Counted from the first letter of the stretch, positions 18,900 through 27,533 are shown. The stretch: 64,000 bases of DNA from Bacteroidota bacterium (GCA_021300195.1 JAJTIE010000018.1:84393-148392), one strand, 5' to 3'. The notes: a model not told the origin generated them from the letters alone. A program made the numbers and translations.

Positions 18900-19556
18900 A
18901 TGAAATACGGTACAAAGCATTCACAGATTCTCTTTTTCTTTTGCTCCCTATCCTTTATCATACTGGCAAGTGGCCTCTTTCAGGGTTCTGGCTACGAGTT
19001 CTTTTTTTCGCTAGCCTACTGCCTGGCTATGATCCAGGGACCCTATATCGTTTTTCGCCGCCGTAGCTACCTGCTTATCTCGGGCATCCTGGTGCTCTTT
19101 AGTTGGGGCCTTAATCAGTGGGCCCGGGCATCGGATGAACACCTGGTCCGGATCATCAGTGGGATAAACTGGACCCTCTTCAATGGATACATTACCTGGC
19201 TGATGCACCGCTATACACGCCGCACGGAACGCGTGGAGCTGGACCATATTCTGGTCGTAGTCATCACCTACATCCTCATTGGGCTCACTTACTCCTCCGC
19301 CTATGTCAACCTACTGTTCATAGACCCCACCTCCTTCAACATAGACCCCGCCCTGCTACAAAGTGAGAAAGAGGCGTGGCAGGTGCTGCTCTACTACAGT
19401 TTCATGACGCTAACTACGGTGGGCTATGGCGACATCACGCCACACACACATCTAGCCCGCATGCTGGCCAGCTCCGAGGCCATAATGGGGGTTATGTTTA
19501 TTGCCATTTTTGTGGCGCGGATGATAAGCATGTATGTGGGCGACCGCTCCCGCTAG
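18900..19556 (+). CDS. Potassium-channel-like membrane protein, paralog 2
   Basis: 218 aa and colinear with paralog 1 (FSLAYCL.(I/M)(V/I)QGPYI(I/V)(Y/F)RRR, INWT(I/L)FNGY(V/I)(A/T)WLM, VVVITYILIGLTY). Canonical filter TLTTVGYGD. Confidence 0.7.
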   Translation: MKYGTKHSQILFFFCSLSFIILASGLFQGSGYEFFFSLAYCLAMIQGPYIVFRRRSYLLISGILVLFSWGLNQWARASDEHLVRIISGINWTLFNGYITWLMHRYTRRTERVELDHILVVVITYILIGLTYSSAYVNLLFIDPTSFNIDPALLQSEKEAWQVLLYYSFMTLTTVGYGDITPHTHLARMLASSEAIMGVMFIAIFVARMISMYVGDRSR

Positions 19557-19659
19557 GCCGCCCGTGCCATACACGCCCGCTGCGCGGCAGTACATTCGGG
19601 CTTGGGGCCACCTGTTATCTTAGTACGAATCGGCTTAACTTGCAGGATAAAGAACCACC

Positions 19660-20337
19660 ATGTCTGAGGGCAGTAGCATATTCGATATGATCGGGCCGAT
19701 AATGATCGGGCCCAGTAGCAGCCACACCGCCGGCGTGGTGCGCATAGGCCGGGTGGCACGCAAGCTGCTGAAGGCCACGCCCGAGCACGTAACCATCACC
19801 TGGTACAACAGTTTTGCCACTACCTATGAGGGCCACGGCAGCGACCGGGCGCTGATAGGCGGGCTGATGGACTTCAAGACCGACGACGAACGAATAAGAG
19901 ACGCCCTGAAGCTGGCCGAGGCGCAGGCTATGCAGATCCACATGAAGCGCATAGGCAGCAGCAGCAAGATGCACCCCAATACGATACGCCTGGCTGCCAC
20001 AGCAGGAGACCGCAGCTTTGAGCTGGTAGGCATCAGCCGGGGTGGGGGCCTGATCACCATTGCCGAGATCAATGGCTACCCCTGCAACTTCACGGCACAG
20101 GCCCACACGCTCATCCTGCAGGCGGAGGACCGCCGGGGCAGCATTGCCTTCATCACCAGCGTGCTGGCCCACGAGGACTGCAACATTGCCACCATGACCG
20201 TGAGCCGCCGGGCCAAAAATGAAACGGCCCTGCTGTGCCTGGAGATGGACAGTGGCCTGCGCCCCCTTACGCTGGACTACCTGCGAAACCTGAGCTGGGT
20301 GCAAGACCTGAACTACATACCCGATATAGACCTATGA
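19660..20337 (+). CDS. sdaAB: L-serine dehydratase (iron-sulfur dependent), beta subunit
   Basis: 225 aa. SIFDMIGPIMIGPSSSHTAGVVRIGRVAR and a C-terminal ACT-like region. It is colinear with Bacillus SdaAB as I remember it. Confidence 0.85.
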   Translation: MSEGSSIFDMIGPIMIGPSSSHTAGVVRIGRVARKLLKATPEHVTITWYNSFATTYEGHGSDRALIGGLMDFKTDDERIRDALKLAEAQAMQIHMKRIGSSSKMHPNTIRLAATAGDRSFELVGISRGGGLITIAEINGYPCNFTAQAHTLILQAEDRRGSIAFITSVLAHEDCNIATMTVSRRAKNETALLCLEMDSGLRPLTLDYLRNLSWVQDLNYIPDIDL

Positions 20338-21683
20338 GGCGCCTGCGCGCCCACCTATGTGTGGCCCTGCTGCTGGCCACCACAGCCGCCGCCGGCAGTG
20401 CGCGTGCCCAGCGTGTGCTCAGCTTGCAGGACTGTATCCAGTTGGCCATGGCCCGAAACCTGCAGCTACAGCAGCAGGCTGTGGTGCAGGACAATAGCCA
20501 GCTAAACCTGCGCCAGGCCCAGCTGAACTACCTGCCCAGCCTGAACGGCAACGTAAATGCCAATCGGCAGTTTGGCACCACCTTCGATTCCTTCACCTTC
20601 ACCCGCACCAACCAGGCTACCAGCACCCTCCGCTTCTCGGCCAACGCCAGCCTACCCCTCTTCGAGGGGCTGAGCCGCTACTACAGCCTGCAGCAGCAGC
20701 AGGCCAGCCAGTATGCCGAGCAAGCCAACGCCCGCAAGCAGGAGAACCAGGTGCTGACCCGTGTGCTAAGCCTGTACCTGCAGCGCGTGCTGGACGAGGC
20801 TACGCTGCGCATTAGCGGCGAGCGGCTGGCCCTCATCCGCCGCCAGCTGGAACAGGCACAGCGGCGCCAGGCAGCAGGGGCCACCACCGAGGCCGAAGTG
20901 CTGAACCTGAAAGGCCAGCTAGCCACCGAGCAGCGCAGCCAGATGCAGGCCCAGAACCAGCACGACCGAAACCAGCTGCTGCTACTCCACGCCCTGCTGC
21001 TGGGGCCCGATACCAGCTATGTGTTTCTGACCCCCGACACCGCAAGCCTGCCACTGGATGCCCCCATGCCCCCACTCAGCCTGGTGCAGCAGCAGGCCAT
21101 GGCCCATATGCCCGAGCTAACCGAGGCCGAACAGCGCCTGCGGGCCGCCCAGCTGGGCAGCCAGGTGAGCAGGGCCAGCCTAAGCCCACGCCTGAGCTTT
21201 AACGCCGGGCTGGGTAGCAACTACAGCAGCAACGTGGAAGACCTGCTGGGCGAACAAGGCAACCTGCGAAACCAGCTGGACGATAATCTCTTTCAATCCA
21301 TTGGGCTCAGCCTGGATATCCCGCTCTTCAATGGCTACCAGGCACGGAACAACTGGCAGCTAGCTAAAAACCAGGTGCGTACGGCCAGCCTGAACCGCCA
21401 GCTGGTGGAGCAGCAGCTGCAGCAGGACGTGCAGCAGGCCTGGCTAGACGTACGTGCAGCCCGTGAGCAGCACCAGGCCACCAGCCGCCAGCTAGAGGCA
21501 CTAAGCCTGGCCTACCAGTTTGCCGAAAAACGCTACGAAGCCGGTGCACTAGACTTCTATGCCTATATAGAGGCCCTGAACCGATACAACCAGGCGCAGA
21601 TAGACCTGCTGCAAGCCCATTTTGAATACTACTTCCGGCAGAAGATATTGCTCCTCTATCAAGGTACACCCCTCTCCTTTTGA
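20334..21683 (+). CDS. TolC-family outer-membrane efflux protein
   Basis: I trimmed the track ORF to the ATG at 20334 (MRRLRAHLCVALLLATTAAAGSARAQ, signal peptide). It has the two-repeat coiled-coil/beta layout, L.L.DCIQLA..N, and Q/A/L-rich helices. ATGA overlap with the sdaAB stop. Confidence 0.8.
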   Translation: MRRLRAHLCVALLLATTAAAGSARAQRVLSLQDCIQLAMARNLQLQQQAVVQDNSQLNLRQAQLNYLPSLNGNVNANRQFGTTFDSFTFTRTNQATSTLRFSANASLPLFEGLSRYYSLQQQQASQYAEQANARKQENQVLTRVLSLYLQRVLDEATLRISGERLALIRRQLEQAQRRQAAGATTEAEVLNLKGQLATEQRSQMQAQNQHDRNQLLLLHALLLGPDTSYVFLTPDTASLPLDAPMPPLSLVQQQAMAHMPELTEAEQRLRAAQLGSQVSRASLSPRLSFNAGLGSNYSSNVEDLLGEQGNLRNQLDDNLFQSIGLSLDIPLFNGYQARNNWQLAKNQVRTASLNRQLVEQQLQQDVQQAWLDVRAAREQHQATSRQLEALSLAYQFAEKRYEAGALDFYAYIEALNRYNQAQIDLLQAHFEYYFRQKILLLYQGTPLSF

Positions 21684-21687
21684 AACA

Positions 21688-22941
21688 ATGAAGCTTAGCC
21701 CCGGTTTCTTGTGCCTGCTTGTGCTGGCCGCCTGCAGCAGCCGCCCACAGGTAGAGCTGGCCCCTGTACAGGTCCGCACGCTTGTTGCCAGTGTTACAGA
21801 GTCGGGCACGGTGCAGCCCGAGCTGGAGGTGGCCATTGCCCCCGACCTCTCTGGCGAGGTAACCGCCATACACGTGCGCGAGGGGCAGTATGTGCACCGC
21901 GGGCAGCTACTGTTCGAAATCCGCCCAGACAACTACCAGGCCGCCCTGGAGCAGAGCACCGCCAGTGTAAATGCCGCCAAGGCCGAACAAAGCAATGCCG
22001 AGGCTGGGGTGATACGCGCCCGAAACCAGCTAACCCAGGACAGTGTGAACTGGCGGCGCCAGGCCCTGCTGTACAAGGACAAAGTGGTAAGCGAGCAAGA
22101 GTATCAGCAGGCCGAGCTGGCCTATAGCCTGAGCCGCGCCAGCTATGTGGGTGCACTGGAAACCCGCCAGGCTGCCTATTACCGCAGCCTGAGTGCCGGG
22201 GCTAGCATGCGCCAGAGCCTAGACCAGCTACAGCGTACGCGGGTGTATGCCAGCGTAGAGGGCACCGTTACCTACCTGAAACTGGAGATGGGCCAGCGGG
22301 TGGTAGGTACCGGAATGATGGCCGGCACGGAGGTGATAAAACTGGCCGATCTCCGCGAAATGCAGCTAAAGGTCAGCATCAATGAAAACGACATTGTGCA
22401 CGTACGCCCGGGAGATACCGCCACCATTACCGTAGATGCCTACCGAGACCGTGTGTTTAGCGGCCGGGTAACCGAGATTGCCTACAGTGCTGCCCTACAG
22501 GCCCAGGGCACCACCGACCAGGTAACCAACTATGCCGTAGAGGTGCGCATCCTGCGCGAGAGCTATGCACGGGATAGCAGCCTGATGCGGGGCCTGAAGG
22601 CGCACGAAAGCCCCTTCCGCCCAGGCATGTCGGGCGTGGTGCAGATCTATACAGATCGGGCAGACTCCGTGCTTGCAGTGCCCATACAGGCCGTAACGGT
22701 AGACCGTAGTGCAGAGCCCGCTGCTGCCGGGCTGCTGCCCACCATCCTGTATGTGTGGCAGCCCGATGGTACGGTGCGCACGCGACAGGTAAGCACCGGC
22801 CTGAGCGACGACCAGTATATAGAGATAAAGAACGGCCTGAAGAAAGGCGAGCGAATAGTGGTAGGCCCCTTTACTGTGATAGAAAAGGAGCTGGAGGACG
22901 GCCAGGCCGTAGACGTAATGGATGGGCAAGCCACCGAATAA
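21688..22941 (+). CDS. Efflux periplasmic adaptor (membrane-fusion, HlyD/MacA-like) lipoprotein
   Basis: I trimmed the ORF to the ATG at 21688 (MKLSPGFLCLLVLAACSS, lipobox). It shows a biotinyl-lipoyl-like hairpin (GEVTAIHVREGQYVHRGQLLFEI), a coiled coil, and a beta-barrel C-terminus. Confidence 0.8.
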   Translation: MKLSPGFLCLLVLAACSSRPQVELAPVQVRTLVASVTESGTVQPELEVAIAPDLSGEVTAIHVREGQYVHRGQLLFEIRPDNYQAALEQSTASVNAAKAEQSNAEAGVIRARNQLTQDSVNWRRQALLYKDKVVSEQEYQQAELAYSLSRASYVGALETRQAAYYRSLSAGASMRQSLDQLQRTRVYASVEGTVTYLKLEMGQRVVGTGMMAGTEVIKLADLREMQLKVSINENDIVHVRPGDTATITVDAYRDRVFSGRVTEIAYSAALQAQGTTDQVTNYAVEVRILRESYARDSSLMRGLKAHESPFRPGMSGVVQIYTDRADSVLAVPIQAVTVDRSAEPAAAGLLPTILYVWQPDGTVRTRQVSTGLSDDQYIEIKNGLKKGERIVVGPFTVIEKELEDGQAVDVMDGQATE

Positions 22942-22944
22942 GCC

Positions 22945-22966
22945 CCGATCCTGCTTCCTGGATCGG
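22945..22966. terminator. Hairpin between convergent genes (candidate bidirectional terminator)
   Basis: CCGATCC-tgcttcct-GGATCGG, a perfect 7-bp stem, lies between the adaptor stop (22941) and the minus-strand stop at 22983. There is no clear U-tract. Confidence 0.35.
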
Positions 22967-22982
22967 AGAATGCTTGCCCGCG

Positions 22983-24644
22983 CTACTGGCGCGGTGGGTA
23001 TATCAGTTTGGGTGCGGTTATCTCCCAGCCAGGCCGTAGGCCGATCTGCTCGGGCCAGCGATAGTAGCCCTCTGGCGCACGGTAGGGGTGCAGGCGGCCG
23101 GGGGTCCACAGGCCGTTCCCATCCCGGTCGTGGATGATGTGTACCTGTACCGGCTGGGCCGGCAGGTAGGGCCACACCAGCAGGGTATCGGTACCGGCTG
23201 GCAGGGCAATACGTGCCCCCATCCGCACAGCTCCCTGCCACAGCTCCAGCACGGCTGGCGCGGCTGTAGCCACAGGCAGCTGTAGCCGGGCCAGTGCCTC
23301 CGGCTTGGTCATTACCAGGGGTAGTACCCGCGCACTGTCTCTCCATAGGCTATCCTGGGGCAGGGTAATCCACAGCGTATCCGGATAGTACTTGTCCAGC
23401 ATGAGCCTCGGGCCCAGGGGTTGGCTCAGGTCCCACAGTGCCCAGCTGCCGCTCGCCAGCGTATCGCCCCCGCTTACGCTCAGCTGTTGGTAGGCCAGGC
23501 TGTCTGGCAGCCCAGGCAGTTGCAGTTCATAGGTATAGGGGTCGGGCCCCGGCTGTATGCTGGGCCGCAGCTGGCGGCGGCCAGGCAGCCGCCAGTCTGG
23601 CGCTATCTCCAGTGTCAGCAGGCTATCAGTACGATTGCCCGCAGTATCCGTCAGCCCAATGAGCGAAAGCAGCAGGCTATCGGCAGCCTGCTGCCAGTGG
23701 GCCCCCACCAGCAGCTGCGTGGGGGTTTTGGGATCCAGCCGGAAGGGCAGGCTAGCTCCGCCTGCCGTGCGTATGGCCTGCACCTGGCTGAGGGGCTCGT
23801 TCAGCGTTAGCCGCAGGGCCGTAGTGCTTGCGGGTACCACCGTTACCACCTGGGGCCCCTGCTCGTCGGGTGCGAAGGCCGTCAGCTCTGCATGCCAGGC
23901 TGTGGTGTCGGCACTTAGCACAAAGAGATTGTCCGCCAGCACCGCAATAGACTCTGTGCCCAGGCTATAGCTGTTGCTGTTGTCTCCGTCTTGCACAGCC
24001 AGTAGCCGATAGCGCCCCGGGCGAATATAGCCCAAGCGGAAGCTGCCATCTGGGCCGGCCTGGCTGGCGTACAGGGGCCGAATGCGCTGGTACTCCGCTG
24101 TGCTTCCCTCCACCACACTATCGGCCGGGTACAGCAGTGCCAGGTAGCCCCCCGCTGCTTGGCCCGTATGGGCATTCGTAATGTGGCCTGCCACATAGCC
24201 TGTATCGATCTGGCTGCCGGTGCTGAAGGCGTAGGTGTAGGGCTGGGCAATGGGCGTGCCTTCATGAAAGTCCTTCAGCTGGCTATTCAGGCTGATCACA
24301 TAGGTGGTGCCGGGCAGCAGGCTATCGCGCAGCCGGATGTGCAGCCGGCGGTTTTTGATCCAGATATCCGGGCTATTCTGCTGCACTGGCGAGATGAAGA
24401 CCGCCTGGCTCGCACTTTTCGCATCCAGATATTCATCAAACTGAAAGAGGATGCGCCGGGGCCGTATCCCCGTCTGCTGATGGGGCGGGCTGACACGCAT
24501 CAGCAGCGGGCCCTGCTGGTCGCGTGGGCCCCCCTGGGGGGCCTGTACGGATGCACACCGAATAAGCAGGAAGCAGCCGATACACTGAAGGCCCAGCCAG
24601 AAGTGCCGGCGTAGACCGGCCCCTATACACAAGGGAGGTTGCAT
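22983..24644 (-). CDS. Ig-like (SbsA/Big_5-type) domain lipoprotein, function unknown
   Basis: ATG at 24644 is preferred, because the GTG at 24650 lies inside the -7 box. Lipoprotein-like N-terminus (CFLLIRCAS). The segment ILFQFDEYLD...VFISP...TTYVISL resembles bacterial Ig-like domains. Confidence 0.6.
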   Translation of the reverse strand: MQPPLCIGAGLRRHFWLGLQCIGCFLLIRCASVQAPQGGPRDQQGPLLMRVSPPHQQTGIRPRRILFQFDEYLDAKSASQAVFISPVQQNSPDIWIKNRRLHIRLRDSLLPGTTYVISLNSQLKDFHEGTPIAQPYTYAFSTGSQIDTGYVAGHITNAHTGQAAGGYLALLYPADSVVEGSTAEYQRIRPLYASQAGPDGSFRLGYIRPGRYRLLAVQDGDNSNSYSLGTESIAVLADNLFVLSADTTAWHAELTAFAPDEQGPQVVTVVPASTTALRLTLNEPLSQVQAIRTAGGASLPFRLDPKTPTQLLVGAHWQQAADSLLLSLIGLTDTAGNRTDSLLTLEIAPDWRLPGRRQLRPSIQPGPDPYTYELQLPGLPDSLAYQQLSVSGGDTLASGSWALWDLSQPLGPRLMLDKYYPDTLWITLPQDSLWRDSARVLPLVMTKPEALARLQLPVATAAPAVLELWQGAVRMGARIALPAGTDTLLVWPYLPAQPVQVHIIHDRDGNGLWTPGRLHPYRAPEGYYRWPEQIGLRPGWEITAPKLIYPPRQ

Positions 24645-24649
24645 CTGCA

Positions 24650-24657
24650 CAAAACTA
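24650..24657 (-). promoter_or_regulatory. Bacteroidota-type -7 box (TAGTTTTG on the minus strand), 5 nt from ATG 24644
   Basis: The plus strand reads CAAAACTA, which is TAnnTTTG on the minus strand. The spacer TGCAG is followed by ATG. Confidence 0.45.
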
Positions 24658-24669
24658 GGGGCTTTTGGC

Positions 24670-24677
24670 TACCTTTG
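24670..24677 (+). promoter_or_regulatory. Bacteroidota-type -7 box (TACCTTTG)
   Basis: Exact TAnnTTTG match, 15 nt upstream of GTG 24693 and 12 nt from the divergent box at 24650-24657. Confidence 0.45.
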
Positions 24678-24692
24678 TGCACATTTTAGGGT

Positions 24693-26831
24693 GTGAAGGC
24701 AGGCGGAATAAAAAAAACAGTGTGCTGGCTACTATGCCTGCTGCCGCCGGGGCTGTATGCGCAGCCAGACTTTGGCCGCTACGAGGGCTTGCTGAATGCC
24801 GGGACCCTACCCCCCCAGGCCCTGGAGCTGCTGCACCGCGATGCCAGCCCGGGCCCGTATCAGCAGGGGGCACTGGCCGGAGCACAACAGGCCCCGCAGT
24901 CCCTGGCACAACCCCTGTTTCAGCAGGGCCTGGTGCTGGTGGGAGATACGGTGAGCCGCCATGTGCAGCACCTGGCCCAGCGGCTGCTGCAGGCCGCACC
25001 CGCCCAGGTGGCCAAGTTGCGCTTTTATGTACTGCGCTCCCCTGCCATCCATGCTTTTGTGGCCGAGGGCGATATGGCCTTTATCACGCTGGGAGCCATT
25101 GCCGGCTGCACCACCGAGGGTGGCCTGGCCTGGATGCTAAGCCGGCTAATCGCCCAGCACGCGGCGCAGCAGCTGCTCCAGCCAGCACCCCTGCCCGGGG
25201 CCATGCCGCAGCACCCGCAGCCGGATGAATCGGTACCTGGCCCGCAGCGCCAGGCCCCCATGGAATACCTGCTGACAAACAGCCGATACCTTGCCCAGGA
25301 GCAGATCTATGCCGATACGGCGGCCCTGACTTACTACCTGCAAGCGGGCTATCCGCCGGCGGAGGTGGAATCCGCCCTGGCCCTCCTGGGGCATTCTTAT
25401 GCACCCCACGAAGACCTGTACTTCTCCCCCGCCTTCCTGGAGCACGCCCGGCTGCGTATCCCGTCTGAGCTGATGCCCGAGGAGGTGCCCGACCTGGCCC
25501 CGCCCGCCCGGGCTGCGGGCGATCCACTGCGTTTTGCCCCCCCTGCCCAGCGGCTTAGCGCACTCCATATAGCCCTATATGCCTATCAAAATCAGCCCCG
25601 GCAGGTTCGCCCGGTTTCGGCAGCTGCTTTTGCCACCATTGTCCGCGTGGCCCGCTACGAACTGTGCCTGCTGTATCTGGCACAACATCAGTTTTGCCAG
25701 GCACTCTACCAGGCGTATGCGCTCTCGCTCAGCGATTTTAACAATGCCTATCTGGCCGAAGTGCAGATGCGGGCCTTGTATGGGCTTGCCGTCTACACGG
25801 CACAGGATCCGGCACGCGGTTTCATACCCAATCCCAGTGCGCACAGCGGGCAGATTACTCGGGTTTACCACCTCTTTCGGGGGCTAAGGCCCCTGGAGGT
25901 TCAGGCCCTGGCCTTCCACAGCGTAGCCAGCCACCTGGCGCTGCACCCCGCCGACACCCTGGCATGGTCCTATGCCCGCCACCTGGCCCTGCTCCTGCAC
26001 CAGCAGGGGGGCTGGCAGCGGGCGCATGTGCTGCGCATGACGGATCGGTCGAGCCCGTCAGACTTTCCAGATTCGCTACTGCTAACGGATATTTCGCTGG
26101 GTGCCATGAAACCCCACGCTGGCAACCCGGCGATACAGGCATTGTTCCCGGATGCCGTGTCTCCGGCGGCCCCGCGGCCCCGGTTTGCCTGGTGGCCCCG
26201 CCTGGGTCCACGCCCCCCTGCCCTGCCTACGCGTAGCCTGGGCAGGGTGCATATCCTGGTGCCAACCTATAGCCTGACAGACACACGTAGGCCGCAGCCG
26301 CAGCTATATGCGCGCGCCCAGGCTGAGCAGCAGCTACACCTGCAGACGCTGAGGCAGACGCTGCCCGAAACCTACCCGACCTACGACCTGCTGGACCCCT
26401 TTCACTACGGCAGAGATAGCATGGCCGCCTATAACCGTATGGCCCTGCTGGGCCTGTGGGTGGCGGAGCGCCAGCGCTGCCCGGGCATGCAGCAGCTGGT
26501 GCCCGAGCTGGTACTGCCCCTTGCCCTGGGCCCCAACCCCTATGTGCTGAGCTACCACATGGCCGGCCTGCGCAGCCCCCGCAAGCACAAGGGCTATGTG
26601 CTGGCCGCCAGCGTACTGGTATTTCCCCTGTTGCCTGCCGGGCTGTATTACTATTTTAGCCCCCAAGCCACCTTTGATGTGCAGACCGAAGTATGGGATG
26701 CGCACGATGGACAAGCAGTGTATAGCCACAGCCAGCAAATACGGGGAGACTGGTGGCGCCGAGACCTGCTGCGCGCCCAGCTGTATCAGCAGCTCATGAC
26801 CCTGAAAAGCCTGGAGGTACCCCAGAAATGA
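24693..26831 (+). CDS. M48-peptidase-like protein with a degenerate active site (putative pseudo-protease), with a C-terminal hydrophobic helix
   Basis: 712 aa with a GTG start and signal-like N-terminus (CWLLCLLPPGLYAQ). The segment YVLRSPAIHAFVAEGDMAFITLG...GLAWMLSRLIAQH is colinear with the M48 block (NAFA...G.I....L......EL..VLAHEIxH), but the HExxH position reads RLIAQ. No HExxH occurs anywhere in the protein. Confidence 0.55.
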   Translation: MKAGGIKKTVCWLLCLLPPGLYAQPDFGRYEGLLNAGTLPPQALELLHRDASPGPYQQGALAGAQQAPQSLAQPLFQQGLVLVGDTVSRHVQHLAQRLLQAAPAQVAKLRFYVLRSPAIHAFVAEGDMAFITLGAIAGCTTEGGLAWMLSRLIAQHAAQQLLQPAPLPGAMPQHPQPDESVPGPQRQAPMEYLLTNSRYLAQEQIYADTAALTYYLQAGYPPAEVESALALLGHSYAPHEDLYFSPAFLEHARLRIPSELMPEEVPDLAPPARAAGDPLRFAPPAQRLSALHIALYAYQNQPRQVRPVSAAAFATIVRVARYELCLLYLAQHQFCQALYQAYALSLSDFNNAYLAEVQMRALYGLAVYTAQDPARGFIPNPSAHSGQITRVYHLFRGLRPLEVQALAFHSVASHLALHPADTLAWSYARHLALLLHQQGGWQRAHVLRMTDRSSPSDFPDSLLLTDISLGAMKPHAGNPAIQALFPDAVSPAAPRPRFAWWPRLGPRPPALPTRSLGRVHILVPTYSLTDTRRPQPQLYARAQAEQQLHLQTLRQTLPETYPTYDLLDPFHYGRDSMAAYNRMALLGLWVAERQRCPGMQQLVPELVLPLALGPNPYVLSYHMAGLRSPRKHKGYVLAASVLVFPLLPAGLYYYFSPQATFDVQTEVWDAHDGQAVYSHSQQIRGDWWRRDLLRAQLYQQLMTLKSLEVPQK

Positions 26832-27532
26832 AGAAAGTCTTGCTGATCCTATGCGCACTACCCACACTGGCCGGTGCCCAGACGGCGGGCTACCTGGGTC
26901 ATCGTTTTTATGTACTGGGGAATGCCTACTTGTTTCCAAACTTGCGTTATCAGCCTTTTCCTTCCATGCGTTGGAACTTGCGGCAAGAGGCCGCTGGAGG
27001 CTTTGTGCTGGGGCCACAGCTGGCCACCGAGCTACAGCTGGGTTTCCTCACTACTACCCTGCCCTACAAACTGCCGCCAGCCAAGCCGGGCCAGGTAGGT
27101 ACCGGCAGGGGTTCGTCCGACGATTACTTGCGGATCAACAGCTACTACCTGGGGTTGCGGGCCAAGTATTTCCTCCGTAGGCTGGCGGGTGGTGTAGCCC
27201 CTGTGGGCCTGTATGCTGCCCTGGCTGCCCAGCACCACTGGGCACTTGCCTACGAGCCGGATGCCAGTAGTGGCCGCCTCAAGGCACAGTATGGTGGCTA
27301 CCACCAGGGCTGGACGCGCGGACTGGCCCTTCAGGCCGAGCTGGGCAACCACTGGGTGGTAGCAGATCGTTTTCTGATTGATGTGGGTGTGCAGACCGGG
27401 TTATGGCTGAGTACGGGGCAAAGCAGCAAAACCAGCCTAAGCCCCGAGCAGCTCCGCCCCCGTGTGCAGGCTCGCCTGCTGAACCACACCGGCCTGAATG
27501 TAAAACTGGGCTTTGGCCTCCTGCTTTATTGA
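26828..27532 (+). CDS. Putative outer-membrane beta-barrel protein
   Basis: I trimmed the ORF to the ATG at 26828 (MKKVLLILCALPTLAGAQ). It has an alternating hydrophobic pattern and ends ...KLGFGLLLY (aromatic C-terminal residue). ATGA overlap with the upstream stop. Confidence 0.55.
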   Translation: MKKVLLILCALPTLAGAQTAGYLGHRFYVLGNAYLFPNLRYQPFPSMRWNLRQEAAGGFVLGPQLATELQLGFLTTTLPYKLPPAKPGQVGTGRGSSDDYLRINSYYLGLRAKYFLRRLAGGVAPVGLYAALAAQHHWALAYEPDASSGRLKAQYGGYHQGWTRGLALQAELGNHWVVADRFLIDVGVQTGLWLSTGQSSKTSLSPEQLRPRVQARLLNHTGLNVKLGFGLLLY

Positions 27533-27533
27533 C

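Noticed and set aside
19615-20304. A 229-aa minus-strand ORF.
   Set aside because: It is antisense to sdaAB, which matches the SdaAB family end to end. This is a shadow ORF.
22495-23346. A 283-aa minus-strand ORF spanning the adaptor/Ig-lipoprotein junction.
   Set aside because: It crosses a convergent gene boundary and overlaps two better-supported genes in other frames.
24655-25568. A cluster of Pro/Ala/Gly/Arg-rich ORFs on both strands (for example 24655..24999, 24665..25228, 25084..25527).
   Set aside because: These are alternative frames of the GC-rich M48-like gene. Their low-complexity composition is typical of out-of-frame translation of GC-rich coding DNA.
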